Source: Neoechinorhynchus agilis
Taxonomy: Eukaryota; Animalia; Acanthocephala
NCBI GenBank assembly: GCA_051530055.1
Contig: JBMGUZ010000077.1
Location: 1 to 11,837 of the forward strand
DNA: 11,837 bases
Direction: 5' to 3'
Under the pieces are notes generated by a model. The model worked only from the letters and a program-made list of their open reading frames with translations. It was not told the DNA's origin and made no database searches. The translations under genes and the position numbers were made by a program. Below are positions 8,860-11,837 of this stretch, one piece after another (the stretch's first letter is position 1; each line of letters opens with the position of its first letter).

Positions 8860-9346
8860 GGCAACCTTTGATAATGTCAGAATTATCCTACGCAATATCG
8901 AGAGAATCGGGTGCTTAGCTTAACGCTCTCCAAATCGCTTCTCTCCGACGAGATATAAAGAATTGCAGTGTCCCTGAGACTTGGGTAGTGATGTGCATAT
9001 CCCATTGCTGCCGTTGCGGAGCGACCGTGGATCCATCGCGACGCCATGGTCTCGTCTGTCAGCAATCAGGTGGAAAGCACTCACGACACGCCGAAGTGAA
9101 CACAATGCTCTTGGTCGTCGCCTGAACACTGTGAATACGTTCAGCACCGTAGAGTTGAGCAATCTTTTGTCGATTCGATGGCCGTAGACCGGACTGTACC
9201 ACAGTATTCCTGTGGCGAGGGAAGCAACATAAAATTCGCCGCCGTTAAACCGAGGGAGCAGCAACCGCCGCTGAGGACGGCAAAATTAGCAATACAGAGA
9301 CTTGGGTCGAAATCATTATTTCGTTTCCTTTGACGTCGAAACACTC
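8860..9346 (+). mobile_element. Decayed 3' fragment of a CRE-like non-LTR retrotransposon (zinc knuckle + restriction-like endonuclease)
   Basis: Motifs across shifting frames, in the expected order: ATFDNV; ESGA*LNAL (8904-8930, TAG in place of Trp TGG); RIAVSLRLG (8959); the CCHC knuckle HCCRCGATVDPSRRHGLVC (9003-9059); RHAEVN; RRLNTVN...VE; RFDGRRPD (9171-9194); WRGK; GAATAAE; YRDLGRNHYFVSFDVETL (9293-9346). The segment is GC-richer than its flanks and may extend left to about 8760. Confidence 0.78.
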
Positions 9347-9478
9347 GTGATTTTTAATAGGGAACCGAATATATGATGTGTTGAGATTATTTTTAATTAT
9401 TTTCGGCGTACGAGCACGGATTTACATATTTAGACGCTTTTAATCATTTAGATAAAAAACAAATGCGATGTGGTTCCT

Positions 9479-9921
9479 AACCACCAAATATAAAAATGCG
9501 AAAGGTAAGTCCTAAAAACAACCACTCAAACGACAACATGAAGCCATAAAATATAAAAATGTCAGAAGACAAGTCCTAAATACAACGACTCGAAACTACA
9601 ACTTTAAGCCACGAAATGCGAGAAGGCAGGTTCTAAAAACAATGATTCAAAACTACAACATTAAGCTACGAAATGCGAGAAGGCAGGTTCTAAAAACAAT
9701 GATTCAAAACTGCAACTTTAAAGAAATAAAGTGATAAAAGCAATGAGTCAAACTGTAACTTTCAACCACCAAATATAAAAATGCACATAGCCAAGCCCTA
9801 AAACATTTCTACATTAGTTGACGGCTACTCAAATAACGGTTTCAACCACCAAATATAAAAATGCGCATAGTCAAGTCCTAAAACTATTCACCACTAGTTG
9901 ACGACTACTCGAATAACGGTT
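9479..9921. repeat. Degenerate tandem minisatellite, about 7 units of 44-80 bp
   Basis: The core AAcCACC-AAATATAAAAATGCG...AAGTCCTAAAA recurs at 9479, 9541, 9764 and 9844. The 57-bp pair 9606-9662 / 9663-9719 has 3 mismatches. The 80-bp-period pair 9764-9843 / 9844-9921 has 10 mismatches over 78 nt. A partial unit may start near 9455. Confidence 0.9.
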
Positions 9922-9926
9922 AAATT

Positions 9927-11526
9927 ATGTTAACAATCTTTCTGTTCCTTTTCTCCGTACGCATTGCCTATAATCTCCCGAAAAACGGAAATTTATCTGC
10001 GCATTCGAGCAATTATTCATTATCAGCATCAACAACATTATCGCCGATTAGCGACGAGAAATGGCCCAATAGCTGGTATCTTCACCGATCTGCATATAAT
10101 ATCGAAAGGGTTTGGAACGAGGGTTATACTGGAAAAGGTGTTGTTGTGGGTATAATCGATTTTGGTATCGAACAAGATCATCCTGATTTAAAGGACCGCG
10201 TCTTAGCGACACTGCCCAACTCGAGCGTTTTTGCAGATCATGGCAATGGCTGTGCCGGAATTATAGCTGGGAAGCCGGACAACAATATTTGCAGCGTGGG
10301 TATAGCCTATGATTCCAAAATCATCAGCTTAAACATAGATCAATCATTTGACATATTTTTCGATATAAATGAACCTCTCGAAGGAACCTTCGGCTTAAAA
10401 GAGCAGCAATGCATAATCTTTATTGGACTAATGTTCTTTAACTTAATATCGCTAGATAATGCAACGCTGCACAATAAAATCAATGATTGATATTTATTGC
10501 ATGCCCCTTGGCGCGCAGGATGACGGTAGCTCGATTGCGGAAATATATGAAGGTGAAATATTGTTAGCGGCTAATAATGCCCGGTTAGGGCGTAATGGAT
10601 TAGGATCTTCCTTTGTTATTGCCTCTGGTAATGGTGGCGATTTGTTTGATAATTGTGCCGTCGATGAACGAGTGAATTCCCATTACGCGATTGCAGTGGC
10701 TGCTATTCTAAGAAACCATTCATCGCCGTATTACGCTGAAAAATGTGCCACCATCATGACAACTGGATATACCAGCGATGGCTCTTCAAATCAGATAATA
10801 ACTGCGGGTCTAAATGGTACGTGTCAACATTTTGATGGAACATCAGCCGTCGCTCCAATGATAGCAGCCATTATTGCACTTGGACTTGAAGCAAATCCTC
10901 ATCTCGACTATAGACAGATCCAGTATTTGGTAGTTATGTCGTCCGTTAAGCATGAGAACATGACATCTTATTGGCCTACGGATGAACAATGGTGGAAAAA
11001 TGGAGCTGGATATTGGGTAAGTAAATATTTTGGGTTTGGAATTCTTGATCCCAAATCTTTTGTGGATAACGCCATTTCGATGAAAGGCCGTAAACTGCCA
11101 AAATCTAATACCTGTAAAGTTCGCATAGCAGGCTATACTTGGCTGCGAAGTGATTCTACGGAACGTTTCCGAGTTTATACGAATGCTTGCGATTCATCCT
11201 CGTCTGCGATAACCAGTTTGGAACATGTAATTCTAAATGTTAACATCGAACCTTTTTTTTCAAATCCTGGACAAAGGGGCAAACTAAGAATTGTGCTTGT
11301 GTCTCCTACCAATAACAGTGTGGAAATGTTGGATATTCGGCCTCTTGACGATGATAGAGTAGACGGATTTTGGAATCAGTCATTTACGTCGGTTCTCAAT
11401 TGGTTCGAAGATCCGAGGGGTTATTGGGAAGCACGAGTATTTAATTCCGATAAAAATGGCTCATTCATAGTATCCAAGATAAACATGATGCTGATCGGTG
11501 TTAATGGAAATCCTTTGAAAACATGA
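9927..11526 (+). CDS. Kexin/furin-family (S8B) proprotein convertase-like protease, catalytic domain + P domain, split by an intron or frameshift at about 10383-10490
   Basis: Catalytic-domain start SDEKWPNSWYL. GYTGKGVVVGIID (catalytic Asp), HPDL, HGNGCAG (His), ASGNGG (oxyanion Asn), GTSAVAP (Ser), ALGLEANP, WxKNGAG, FGFGILD. P domain LEHV...RGKL...SP...RPLD...W.EDPRGYW...LIG, then stop. Possibly a pseudogene, given the frame break. Confidence 0.93.
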
Positions 11527-11670
11527 AGTATAAAGTGTGTTTTAAACTTTACGGAGATCACATTTTGAGAACGAATCTGTCGAAGAAACTCTCTATTTGA
11601 ATTAATATCCGAATGGAAAATTCGATAATTGTGTGCTCTAATTTTAACGAAAGTAAAAATTGAATCGGAG

Positions 11671-11676
11671 AATAAA
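11671..11676 (+). promoter_or_regulatory. Possible polyadenylation signal (AATAAA) for the convertase gene
   Basis: AATAAA about 145 nt after the TGA at 11524-11526. Weak evidence in AT-rich DNA. Confidence 0.25.
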
Positions 11677-11837
11677 ATTGGCGGCAGTAATAAGTCCATT
11701 CTGGATTCTGAGCGATATTACCATTTTCTACGTCCATTATTCCATGATTGACCATATAAAAAGACGGATAGAGAAATACTCAATTTAGAAATCGTTTTTG
11801 TAAGTCATAATTATACATTTTCTTGGCACATTAACAT

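Noticed and set aside
8976-9307. Repeated 11-mer GAGACTTGGGT (near 8976 and 9297) as a target-site duplication
   Set aside because: Both copies lie inside the element's coding motifs (LRLG and RDLG), not at its ends.
8883-9344. ORFs 8920..9264(-), 8883..9065(-), 9141..9344(-) and 8981..9187(+) as genes
   Set aside because: They are antisense or partial-frame shadows of the GC-richer CRE-like fossil. The minus-strand peptides have no convincing motif.
9479-9921. CRISPR array
   Set aside because: Units are head-to-tail degenerate copies with no unique spacers, there are no cas genes, and the context is eukaryotic.
10433-10455. Canonical 23-nt GT-AG intron repairing the convertase frame
   Set aside because: Removing it gives ATA followed by TAA, an immediate stop, and it would leave the excess residues in place.
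1-11837. A functionally linked novel system (zinc finger + RING + convertase + retroelements)
   Set aside because: The genes share no evident pathway, orientation pattern or regulatory motif. Adjacency in a eukaryotic repeat-rich region is not evidence of linkage.

Overview
Eukaryotic, AT-rich genomic DNA with no visible CpG depletion, probably from an invertebrate. TTTCAG/TTTTAG-type splice acceptors are present, but the taxon cannot be fixed from this window. Contents in order: (1) a minus-strand multi-C2H2 zinc-finger gene whose two long frames join through a plausible 50-nt intron (243-1815); (2) AT-rich intergenic DNA with a cluster of related hairpins near 2.65-2.82 kb; (3) a decayed minus-strand Penelope-like element (PLE) with an internally deleted reverse transcriptase (RT), a GIY-YIG endonuclease, and a degenerate minimal hammerhead-like motif at its 3' side (about 4.74-5.83 kb); (4) unidentified coding-like fragments (5.8-8.2 kb) and a RING-H2 coding exon (8220-8705); (5) a frameshifted 3' fragment of a CRE-like non-LTR retrotransposon with a restriction-like endonuclease (RLE), not visible in the ORF track (about 8.86-9.35 kb); (6) a 57-80 bp minisatellite (9479-9921); and (7) directly after it, a divergent kexin/furin-family proprotein convertase (9927-11526). 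The convertase has an intact D/H/N/S catalytic set and P domain, but no recognisable prodomain, remodelled S2/S4 subsites, and a frame break with no canonical GT donor. Nothing supports CRISPR, rRNA, tRNA or a prokaryotic operon. I cannot claim a new multi-gene system. The strongest leads are the atypical convertase, the in-frame-deleted PLE RT and the hidden CRE-like fossil. All family assignments come from motif recognition by eye, not from database searches.
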